In this document: in pieces, positions 38,313 through 53,100 of the stretch
How positions within the stretch are numbered: position 1 is the first letter of the stretch
How the letters are laid out: every line of letters starts with the position of its first letter
Assembly (NCBI GenBank): GCA_964016885.1
Contig: OZ024744.1
Span: 112,716,001-112,780,000, forward strand
From: Eledone cirrhosa
Taxonomy: Eukaryota
DNA: 64,000 nt
Direction: 5' to 3'
Made by a program: the position numbers and the translations under genes
Notes under the pieces: model-generated
Database searches by the model: none
What the model was told of the DNA's origin: nothing
What the model saw: the letters and a program-made list of their open reading frames with translations, nothing else

Positions 38313-39991
38313 TATATAACTCATTCTATTAAATCTATTTAACCTATCGATAAATCATTAGATTCCTTCATTTGACTGCTTAAAACTCTCCTTAAAAATT
38401 TTTTCCTTGAAAATTTTTCTAGATAAATATACTGAAAGCTTTTAAATGTGAGAGATTTTTGGAAAATATTTTTTTTGAAAGTTTCTCCTATTTTTTGAAA
38501 ATTTCTCTTTTTTTGAAAATGTCTCTTTCTTTGAAAATTTCTCGTATGGTTATAAAAAATTAAGTTATATATAAAAAAAATTCAAATTCATTTTTATACT
38601 GAATTTTTTATATATATTCTTGTATATTTTTTAAAATTATATCTTAAAATATTTTTAAAAATTATATTGTTTTAAAGTTATATTGCTTAAAATTATATGA
38701 ATATATTTCCAAATTGTAATTCCTCTTAAAATTATAATCCTTTTAAAATTATAACTCATTTTTTTATTTTATATTATGTACTTTATATTTATCTATATAT
38801 ATAGATGATGTATGTCTATCTATATGTGTATGTATCTATATATGGGTTGTGTATCTCTGTGTATATATATGTATGGGTTCATGTGTATATGTCTCTATAT
38901 ATGTATATATACAATTCGAATACACTCTGTTATAAAAGGTTTCTTACGGTTTATGCTAAACAAACTATATAATAGGTGGATTTATGAGATATATAAAATT
39001 TATAAAATTTATAAAATTATAACTTACTATTAAATAATATAAGGTTTTTATAATCTTAACTTTCTTTTATCATCTTAACATCTATAACATTTAATATAAG
39101 TAAATAACTTAATTTCCTTCACGCTGTATTGCTATTACATAGAAACGATTTTTCTCCGATTTCTCCGAAAAATCTATGAATTTCCATAAGTTTAGAAAAA
39201 TTCCTATATCTTAAACATAAAAAATCTTTTAATGTATATATATATATATGTGTGTGTGTGTGTATATATATATGAATATATTCTTTTTAATAATATATAG
39301 ATTTTTTAATAATATATAGTTTTTAATAATATATAGATTTTAATAATATATAGATCTCAATTTTGAATGTATAGATCTCAATAATTTAATTGATAATTTA
39401 ATTGATAAACTAAACATTTAATCAAATTTAAACATTAGATAAAATTCTCCGGTTATTATTATTTATTTATTTTCTATTCACGCTTATTTACTCTGTCTAA
39501 CTCATCCAATAAATATTTATTTTTTCGCTTCATCTTAAAATTTACGTTAATACAACAACCTATCATTTAGGGCTTTCTCTTTCTCTTTCATTTTTTCTCT
39601 TTCTCTTTCTCTTTCTCTTTCTCTTTCTCTTTCTATTTCTCTTTCCTTTGTTTTCTTCTTTTCATCTTAGAGTTTGCCCTTTCTTTCCTCTTTTTCTTTC
39701 TCTTTTCCTTTTTTCTTTTTCCATACCCCAACGGACTATTTTAAATCTACTGTGATTTAAACATATCCAACACTAATTTGCATAATAGACTAAATAAATT
39801 TAATAACCCCACTATCCGGGAGCTTCCAACAGAAATGGTCGCATTTTTTAAGGGTATGTCAATATTTATTTATAAAACTGATCTATATTATATTTTATCT
39901 GATGAAATCGCACCATAAGTTGGTGTCCTTGAAATATGTATAATGAAATAAATATGGTTTTATAAATATAGTTTCAATTGGTTAATATATC

Positions 39992-39992
<1 letters not shown>
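36250..39992 (+). mobile_element. Penelope-like retroelement (Naiad-like), 5'-truncated and degraded
   Basis: RT and GIY-YIG fragments, long AT-rich 3' UTR, terminal segment also found at 8648-8910; flanked by (TA)n. Confidence 0.85.
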
Positions 39993-40066
<74 letters not shown>

Positions 40067-40119
40067 TATATACATATATATACATATATATATACACACA
40101 TATATGTGTATATATACAC

Positions 40120-40210
<91 letters not shown>

Positions 40211-40281
40211 CATATATATATATATATATATACACACATACACACATACATATACATACATATATATATATACATAAATAT

Positions 40282-40356
<75 letters not shown>

Positions 40357-40562
40357 CACACATATATACATATATATATACACACATATATGTGTATATA
40401 TGTGTGTATATATATGTATATATGTGTGTATATGTATGTATATATATATATATGTATATATATATGTATATATATTTATATGTATATGTATGTATATGTG
40501 TATATATATATATATCCACACATACACACATATATATATATATATATAATATATACATATAC

Positions 40563-40643
<81 letters not shown>

Positions 40644-41050
40644 CACACACATATATATAGATATATACAAATATACTCACACATATACACATATATATAC
40701 ACATATACACATACATATACATATACATACACATACATAAATACACACATATACACATATATATATATAAATATATATATATATACACATACACACATAC
40801 ATATATATATACACACATATACACACATATATACACACACATACACACATACACAAACATATAAATACATACATATACACACATACTCATACACACATAC
40901 ATATATATATACCCATACACACACATACACACACATATACATATGTATATATATATATATATACACATATATACACATATATACACATATATATATATAC
41001 ACACATATAACGAAACATACACATACATATATACATAAATATATATACAT
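39993..41050. repeat. (TA)n/(TACA)n microsatellite block
   Basis: Directly visible. Confidence 0.95.
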
Positions 41051-41051
41051 A

Positions 41052-43635
<2,584 letters not shown>

Positions 43636-43656
43636 TATATATATATATATATATAT

Positions 43657-44026
43657 CGTTACTCGATAAAGTGTATAAAGTGTATAAAGTATAAAGTGTA
43701 TAGCTGAGAGGGCAGAGAGTCACTCCTGGTAGTGCCGCTACTTCTCCGAATTGAGAGATCACAACTCCGATATTATGGACATGTGGTTAGAATGTCTCAG
43801 TAAAGAATTGCTGGACACATTTTACAGGCAAAACCAACCGGCAAGAGACCCAGAGGTAGACCCTAAGCAAGATAGTTGGATAACATCCATGAGCTTGGCT
43901 GGTCACACTTTGGGATCCAGCTGGATCAGTTAGAGATGTTTGCTACTAACAGACTCTCTGGAAAGGGTGTTTGAGAAGGACTCTGCCCCCACGACCCTCT
44001 CAGAAATAAGGGGGGGAAGAAGAAGA
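43657..44026 (+). mobile_element. (GAA)n-tailed dispersed repeat, same family as 795-1086
   Basis: Similarity to the reverse complement of 960-1086; ends GGGGGGGAAGAAGAAGA. Confidence 0.6.
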
Positions 44027-44058
44027 TATTGTCAATTTACTTTTCAATTTACATATAT

Positions 44059-44348
44059 CTATATACATATATATTTGTGTATAATACCGATATGCACGCT
44101 ACATATATATATACATATATATTTGTGTATAATACCGATATGCACGCTACATATATATATGCATATATATTTGTGTATAATACCGATATGCACGCTACAT
44201 ATATATATACATATATATTTGTGTATAATACCGATATGCACGCTACATATATATATGCATATATATTTGTGTATAATACCGATATGCACGCTACATATAT
44301 ATATACATATATATTTGTGTATAATACCGATATGCACGCTACATATAT
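44059..44348. repeat. 48-bp tandem repeat, 6 copies
   Basis: ATAATACCGATATGCACGCTAC recurs every 48 bp. Confidence 0.95.
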
Positions 44349-44466
44349 AAGAGAAGGTTGCAGCATGTATTTTGTTTTTCGATTTTTAAGGGGAGTAGAG
44401 AGAGGAAGCGTCATGTATTTAACGTTTGTCTATCTGTCACTCTCTGGCTCACTCCTTTATTCTTTA

Positions 44467-45351
44467 CTAGCAGTAAAGCCCGGCGTTGCTCGGGGTCGCT
44501 CAGTAGCTGTGTTAAAGTTACAATGTTAAGTTTCTTTCTTGGCTTAAAAACTGTAGTGTCTACTGTGCAGACTTGCATGTGGTGTTTTTGATTAATATTC
44601 CCTCAACCAACAATATGCCTTATGAAGTTAAGAAAACATAACGATAACCCGAATGTTATAACAAAAGAGGATGCTGGGGATAAAAACTGCACTGGTTATT
44701 TATTAACAAAGATCGAAAATGTAAACACTGCAACGCAGAGAAAAACATTAGCGTAACCAAATTATCAGTTATGTCTGTCTGCACGCCTATATCACCTCTC
44801 TGCACGACTGTCTGTCTGCACGCCTATATCACCTCTCTGCACGACTGTCTGTCTGCACGCGTATATCACCTGTCTGCACGACTGTCTGTCTGCACGACTG
44901 TCTGTCTGCACGCCTAACGACGAAATATTTGCTTGTTTTACGTAGTCTTTAAATAGACTTGTTTTCAAGTAAAAATATTGTTTTAAAATGCTTTTAAATG
45001 GAAATGAAGCAAAACGGAAGCTTAGTGTTCGAACTGATGAATTTTGCAGGTCAATATTTGCTGGCTCGTCATTTTAAACGCTGAGAAAGCCAGCGTAATT
45101 TTTTTACGTAAGACGCTCAATGTAAACAGAACAAAGGGAAATAACTGATAACTTACGCTCAAAAATCGATACATTATATTCGATTTCGTCACATAGGGTG
45201 GGTCAATTTGAAATATTTTTTTTCCGATGTCTTCGCTAGGGCTCAATGTACAAGTCTAGCAATTTCGGTGCAATTCCGTGAGAGATTCTAAGAGGAGATG
45301 TGTGCCAAAAATCGATAGACAGACAGACAACCACAGTTTTATATATATAGA
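44467..45351 (-). mobile_element. Complete non-autonomous Helitron
   Basis: Minus strand A|TCTATATATATAAAA 5' end at 45351; hairpin CCCGAGCAACGCCGGG and CTAG|T 3' end at 44467; internal 37-bp tandem repeat ~44772-44915. Confidence 0.85.
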
Positions 45352-45489
45352 TTATACATACGCACACACAAATACACACACACACATACACACACACACA
45401 CATACACACACACACAAATACACACACACACACACAAATACACACACACACACACACACACATACACCCACACACACACACACACACAC

Positions 45490-45933
45490 ACGTGCGTGTG
45501 TGTGTGTAAACCTTATGCATTTCTACAGTATTTTCACCAAACTTAAGACATAGGTTACTTATGTATTCCGGATGGTCATGGGCACTTTCATTTTTCCAGA
45601 TATTGATTATAGGCCCCCCTCCCCCGGCAGATAACCACTTTAACCCCTTCCTTGGAGTCGACTGAAGCACTGCAGTGCAATGCTACAAAACGTCATCACT
45701 TCTGGAGTTCGCAACCGATTTTCACAAAACTTGACACATGGGCTACGTTTGTTCTACAGATGAATGTGAATTGGCACATATTGAGTAGGGGACCCCTAGG
45801 TGCAGGAATCCCCTTTGGGAAAAAGCCGATGATTTTGTAAAAGTATAGTTTTCGAAGCAGCACTGAAGTATTGACATAAATGGTATACATAACGGCTATT
45901 TAATACCCGAGCAACGCCGGGTACCTTTGCTAG
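45490..45933 (+). mobile_element. Non-autonomous Helitron 3' part
   Basis: ACCCGAGCAACGCCGGGT 45905-45922 then CTAG|T 45930-45934; 5' boundary uncertain. Confidence 0.75.
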
Positions 45934-46070
45934 TATATATATAAAAGAAGAAATTAAAAGATTGTTAAATTTCTTCTTTAATATATACTCCAGTTCTACC
46001 AACTGTTGAGTGTTACTTATCTGATATATGCATAGTTATATTGTTCTACAATATTACTCACCTTCTTCAG

Positions 46071-46102
<32 letters not shown>

Positions 46103-46267
46103 AAATAAATAAATATACACGGGTCTGTATGATTGTGTATAGAAGATTATATTAATAAAAGGAATTCCAACTTTGTCTGATTTACTCGTTTTATTTACAA
46201 TCCTTTAAAATTTATAATGGTATTAGAATGAAATAGTATGGTAGAATATTAAATGTTAAGTGTTAAT

Positions 46268-46306
46268 TGAACAAGTACTTTCATGCTTTCGCAATCTTCA
46301 GGTTCA
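46268..46306 (-). ncRNA. Minimal type-I hammerhead ribozyme
   Basis: Minus strand TGAAC-CTGAAGA-tTGC-gaaa-GCAt-GAAA-GTAC-TT-GTTCA. Confidence 0.8.
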
Positions 46307-46378
46307 TATTCTGTGGTGACAGTCAAGTTTTTTTTATGACAGGACCCCAGTGAGAAAATTTGCTCCGAAAGAACTGCA

Positions 46379-46469
46379 TGTGTCTGAAGAAACCTGCAGC
46401 TGTAGAATCAGCCAGATCCAGACAGTGATCATGTCTCGTGCTACCTGCCGGCGAAACAATTGTAACACG
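46379..46469 (+). ncRNA. Type-I hammerhead-like motif with long imperfect stem II
   Basis: TGTGT-CTGAAGA-[62 nt]-GAAA-CAATTG-TA-ACACG. Confidence 0.55.
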
Positions 46470-46712
46470 CAATAAACTGAGTCCAGATGCATCACTTATT
46501 TTTCGTTTTTTTATACTACATATATATATATATATGTGCCTCCATAATATATATATATATTTATATATATATACATACAAACATACATACATAGAGAGAG
46601 AGAGAGCAAGAGAGAGAGAGAGGGGGGTCTTGCTTGATGACCCTGTGATAAACAGTCAAAACTCGAGAGTAACAAGACTTACTATTTAGCGTTAATAAAA
46701 TGAATATATGTA

Positions 46713-46714
<2 letters not shown>

Positions 46715-46762
<48 letters not shown>

Positions 46763-46791
46763 AACACAAGCACACACACAAACACACACAA

Positions 46792-46841
<50 letters not shown>

Positions 46842-46861
46842 ACACACACATACACACACAA

Positions 46862-46920
<59 letters not shown>

Positions 46921-46948
46921 GACAAACACACACACATACACACACACA

Positions 46949-46995
<47 letters not shown>
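46715..46995. repeat. (CA)n microsatellite
   Basis: Directly visible. Confidence 0.95.
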
Positions 46996-47000
<5 letters not shown>

Positions 47001-47344
47001 ATAGTTTCGAAAAGTTGATAATACAAGCATATAAAGGCAAAGAATAATTCAAAGCTGAAATGTGATATAGTCCACAGCAAGATAGCTAACAGACAGTTCA
47101 GAGTTTAACCCAATCAGTCAATTTCCAATCACAGTAGTTTTACAATAACAATATCACAGAGCATATATATAAAATGAATAAAAATAACCAAGATTAAATT
47201 ACATCAAATTATTTAATTAATTTACGATCGTTTCAATCAATACAGTAAGATGTTCCATCACTCATTCTTCTCTGTACTGATTTCTTCACAATCCATTAAA
47301 CAACAAAAATGACATATTTATCTTCTATAGCAGACATCATCCCG

Positions 47345-47378
<34 letters not shown>

Positions 47379-47469
47379 GTATCCCCACCCCCACAACCGT
47401 TGTAAACCATTTTGTATGTATGGGCCCTTGTGGCAAATAAATAAAAATTGATTATTGTTGTTTCTTCGC

Positions 47470-50125
47470 TAAGCTTCTAATGCTGGAGATGTATCACAGT
47501 GTCAACTGTTCACTACCAGTGAACTGAGGTAACACCCCTTATTTTTCAAGTACCCTCTGGAGTATTTGAGCTGTTCCAAGCAATGATGTTTTTTTAAGGT
47601 GTTCCATCCATATTGCAATCCCTATTTATTTAATGTACTTCTTAAGATCTCTACCCATTGTTCCCAAGACTCCAACTATTACTGGTATTACCACCACCTT
47701 TTTCAGTGATCACCACTGCTTAACCTCCCAAGCTAACCTGTCATATCTATCAATTTATTTTCCGTCTTTATCACATACCTTGTTATCAGCTGGATAGGTT
47801 ATATCTATGATCCAACACTGTTAGCTTTCTTTCTCAATTAATACAATATCTGGTCTCCTTTACTCCATCTCGTGGTCATACTGTATTACTAAGTCCCACA
47901 GGATCTTTGTAGCATCATTTTCAATAATGCCCTACCAAGTGTATATTTGTCACAAAGCACCCAATGGACTTTCCATGATATGTTATTGTGACATTTCTTA
48001 TATTCTTTCTGAGCTAGTGGTGTACATTAACTGGTAATACGCTATACAGTTTCTCCAGTCATGCCACAAATGCTTCTCTTATCACTTTCTGTTGTGTGAT
48101 CTACTCTATGTTTGATGTAGTTAGTTCTTAATGTTTGTATCTGAGCAGCACAGATTAAGGCTTCTGTTTCTGGTTTTATATCACTTTTAGTCATCCATAA
48201 CCCCCTTGTTTCTCTGTCCTATCTTCAACATCTCTATGGAACTGTCTATACGTTCTTTTTTCTGTCTACTTTCAGTTTCATCCATCTTCAAATGTTTGTA
48301 CTGTGTTTTATCTTTACAATCTTCTATTTTACACATCCCTGACTTTCTTACTTCCAACAACAGAGGATCTGTGGAATTTTTTATGTACCATTCCATGTTA
48401 TCATGCACTGTACAAACATCAATAGTGACAAGCTGTTCCCTTGGAATATACCTTTCTTGAATTCTGTTTCTAAATTATTTTACATATGCTGTCACTTCAG
48501 TCTTTCCCTCTTTCATACATTTCCTTGAGAATCACTCAACATTTGATGCAATACGAAATAAGTTAAGGTATTCCATAATCTAAGAGTGTGGTATCATGTC
48601 ATAGGCTTTGTGGCAACCGATCTGCGCCATGGTCAAGTTCGTTTCCTCCTCTTGTTATCCTTGAGTATAGTTTTATCTATCAAAAGTTGGTCCTTTGCAC
48701 CTCTGCACTTATGCTTGCACCTTTTCTGCTCATCTGGAAGAACTCCATTTTTTCTTGCAGATGCCCGTACATTGATTCTGTGATTATTCCAGAATACTAC
48801 AGACCTATAACATGCCAACCACATAAATGTTTGGCATGTTATCGATCTGTAGTTATCTACAACATTCCTTTTAGTGATATCTTTCAAGCATTATACTGTC
48901 CTTCCCTTTGTCAGCCACTCCGGTATCACTTATTCAGCATTTAGAAATGTGTTCAATTGTTCAGTTATTAATTCATGACATTGACTAAATCTTTTGATCC
49001 ATTAGCCTTGAACTCATTCTAGTCTTGGAGACTTCCAGTTGCTCATAATTTCTTTGGCATCCTTCATGTTCCTAGCTGAAATGACTATTTCAACCTGATG
49101 TGGGCAAACTGTTGTTTGTTTAAGTTCTTCTAACAATTCACCTTCCTTCTTGTGCTCCTTCTCTTTACACCAAATGTCGTTCCAAAATTTTAACTTTCAA
49201 TGGTATCCGGTGTCTCCACTTCATCTGTACACTCTCCAATGTTATCCGGTGTCTCCACTTCATCTGTACACTCTCCAATGTTATCCAGTGTCACCACTTC
49301 ATCTGTACACTCTCCAATGTTATCTGGTATAACCACTTCATCTGTACACTCTCCAATGTTATCTGGTATAACCACTTCATCTGTACACTCTCCAATGTTA
49401 TCTGGTATAACCACTTCATCTGTACACTCTCCAATATTATCTGGTGTCTCCACCTCATCTGTACACTCTCCAATGTTATCTAGTGTTTCCACTTCATCTG
49501 TACACTCTCCAATGTTATCTAGTGTCTCCACCTCATCTGTACACTCTCCAATGTTATCTAGTGTCTCCACCTCATCTGTACACTCTCCAATGTTATCTGG
49601 TGTCTCCACCTCATCTGTACACTCTCCAATGTTATCTGGTGTCTCCACTTCATCTGTACACTCTCCAATGTTATCTGGTGTCTCCACCTCATCTGTACAC
49701 TCTCCAATGTTATCTAGTGTTTCCACTTCATCTGTACACTCTCCAATGTTATCTAGTGTCTCCACCTCATCTGTACACTCTCCATTTATTTCTCAGTAAA
49801 ATCTCTTTTGTTTTTTTCTGAAAATTCTATTTTGATGATATTGCGTTATACTTTATTTGTATCTAACTATCTTTGCCTTTTTTACAATGAGACGTTGCTT
49901 GAGATCCTCCATTACTTCTTTAAAGACTTTCCTTTCAATACCATACTTTCTTTCCAGTGTTCTGTATATCATTTCTAAGCCCTCTCCCTCTCTCTTCAGA
50001 CTAAGACTGACATATCTTTCAAGTGGGTATCTATACTGGCCTGTTTCCTCCTTTTCCACCATGGCTATTACCTTTGGTATCGACTTATTGTTTTCACACT
50101 TCTGTCAACCAACGATTTTTTTCTT
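47470..50125 (-). pseudogene. Degraded R4/Dong-like non-LTR retrotransposon (RT + restriction-like endonuclease)
   Basis: PWWKRR; KFWNDIW; NYRSITC; EQKRC...GAKDQLLID; degenerate zinc-knuckle region; KILWDF...RRPDIVLI...IIDITYP.D; LGTAQILQRVLE. Confidence 0.8.
49200..49785. repeat. 39-bp minisatellite (~15 copies) inside the R4-like ORF
   Basis: Minus-strand translation repeats ETPDNIGECTDEV (13 aa). Confidence 0.95.
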
Positions 50126-50131
50126 ATTGCT

Positions 50132-53100
50132 CGTTACATCTGGCTTGGTCACGTTACATCTGGCTTGGTCACATAACCTCTGGCTTGGTCACATTACCCT
50201 TGGCCTGGTCACATAACCTCTGGCTTGGTCACATTACCTCAGCCTTGGTCACATAACCTCTGGCTTGGTCACATAACCTCTGGCTTGGTCACATTACCCT
50301 TGGCTTGGTCACATAACCTCTGGCTTGGTCACATTACCTCAGCCTTGGTCACATAACCTCTGGCTTGGTCACATAACCTCTGGCTTGACCATGTTGCCTC
50401 AGGCTTGGTTACATAACCTCTGGCTTAGTCACATAACCTCTGGCTTGGTCAAGTTACCACTGGCTTGGTCACGCTACCTCTGGCTTGGTCACGTTACCTC
50501 TGGTTTGGTCACGTTACCCTTGGCCTGATCACATATCCTCTGGCTTGGTCACATAACCTCTGGCTTGGTCTCATAACCTCTGGCTTAGCCATGTTACTTC
50601 TGACATGGTCACGTTACCTATGGCTTGGTCACGTTACCTCTGACTTGGTCACATAACCTCTGGCTTCGTCACGTTACCTCTGGCTTGGTCACATATCCTC
50701 TGGCTTGGTCACATTACCTCTAGTTGGTCACGTTACCTCTGGCTTGGTCACGTTACTTCTGGCTTGCACAAGTTACCTCTGACGCGGTCAAGTTACTTCT
50801 GGCTGGGACACATAATTTCTGACTTGGTTACGTTATCTCTGGTTTGGTCACGTTACCTCTGGCTTGGTCACGTTACCTCCGCCTTGGTCACGTTACCTCT
50901 GACTTGGTTACGTTCTCTCTGGCTTGGTACCTCTGACTTGGTCACGTTACCTCTGGCTTGGTCACGTTACCTCTGGCTTCGTCACGTTACCTCTGCCTTG
51001 GTCACGTTACCTCTGGATTGGTGATGTTACCTCTACTAGATCACATAACTTCTGGCTTGGTCACGTTACCTCTGGCTTGGTCACATAATCTCTGACTTGG
51101 TCACGTTACCTCTGGCTTGGTCACATAACTTCTGGCTTGGTGACGTTACCTCTGGTTTGGTCACATTACTTCTGGCTTGGTCACATTACCTCTGGCTTGG
51201 TCACGTTACTTCTGGCTTGGTCACGCTACCTCTGGCTTGGTCACATAACCTCTGGCTTGGTCACATTACCTCTGGCTTGGTCACATAACCTCTGGCTTGG
51301 TCACATTACCTCTGGCTTGGTCACGTTACCTCTGGCTTGGTCACATTACCCCTGGCTTGGTCACATTACCTCTGGCTTGGTCACGTTACCTCTGGCTTGG
51401 TCACGTTACCTCTGCCTTGGTCACGCTACCTCTGGCTTGGTCACATAACCTCTGGCTTGGTCACATTACCCCTGGCTTGGTCACATAACCTCTGGCTTTG
51501 TCACATAACCTCTGGCTTCGTCACGTTACCTTTGGCTTGGTCACAAAACCTCTGGCTTGGTCACGTTACCTCTGGCTTGTTCACGTTACTTCTGGCTTGC
51601 ACAAGTTACCTCTGACGCGGTCAAGTTACCTCTGGCTTGGACACATAACCTCTAACTTGGTCACGTTATTTCTGGCTTAGTCACATAACCTCTGCTTGGT
51701 CACGTTAACTCTGACTTGGTCACGTTACCTCTGACCTGGTCACACATCCTCTGGCTTGGTCACATACCCTCTGGATTGGTCCCGTTACTTCTGATTGGTG
51801 ACGTTACCTCTGGCTTGGGCAAGTTACCTCTAGCTTGGTCAAGTTACCTCTGGCTTGGTCACATAATTTCTGACTTGGTTACATAATCTCTGACCTGGTC
51901 ACATAGCCCCTGGCTTGGTCACATAACCTCTGACTTGGTCACATAACATCTGGCCTGGTCACAGTACCTCTGTCTTGGTCACGTTACCTCTGGCTGGGTC
52001 ACGTTAACTCTGGCTTGGTCACATAACCTCTGGCTTAGTCACGCTACATCTGGGTTGGTCACATAAATTCTGACTTGGTCATGTTACCTCTGACTTGGTC
52101 ACATAACCTCTGGCTTGGTCACGTTACTTCTGGCTTGGTCACGTTACCTCTGGCTTGGTCACATAACCTCTGACTTAATCACAAAACATCTGGCTTGATC
52201 ACATTACCTCGGCCTTGGTTACGTTACCTCTGGTTTGGTCATATTAACCTCTGACTTGGTCATGTTACCTCTGATTTGGTCACATAAGCTCTGACTTGGT
52301 CACGTTACTTCTGGCTTGGTCACATAAACTCTGGCTTTGTAACATAACCTGTGGCTTGGTTATGTAAACTCAGGCTTAGACACAAAACATCTGGATTGGT
52401 CACATACCTTCTGGCTTGGTCAGGTAACCTCTGGCTTGGTCACATAATCTCTGGCTTGGTTACGTAACCTCTGTCTTGGTCACGTTGCTTCTGACATCGT
52501 CACATAACCTCTGGCTTGGTCACGTTACCTCTGACTTGGTCACCTACCCTCTGGCTTGGTCGCGTTACCTATGGCTTGGTCACGTTACCTCTGACTTGGT
52601 CACATAACCTCTGACTTGGTCACCTACCTCTGGCTTGGTCCGTTACCTCTGGCTTAGTCACATAACTTCTCGCTTGGTCACATAACCTCTGGCTTGGTTA
52701 CGTTACCTCTTGTTTGGTCGCGTTGATTCTGAATTGGTCACCTAACCTCTCACTTGGTCACGTTACCTCTGGCTTGGTCACATATGTAACATAATCTCTG
52801 GCTTGGTTATGTAAACTCTTGCTTAGTCAAATAACCTCTGGCTTGGTCTCGTTATTCTGGCTTGGTCACGTTACCTCTGACTTGGTCACATAAACTCTAG
52901 CTTTGTAACATAACCTCTGGCTTCGTCACGTTACCTCTAGATTGGTCACGTTACTTCTCGTTGGTCACGTTACCTCTGGTTGGTCACGTTACCTCTGACT
53001 TGTTCACATAACCTCTGATTTGGTCACCTAACCTCTGGCTTGGTCACGTCACCTCTGATTTGGTCACGTTACCTCTGGTTTTGTCAAGTTACCTATGGTT

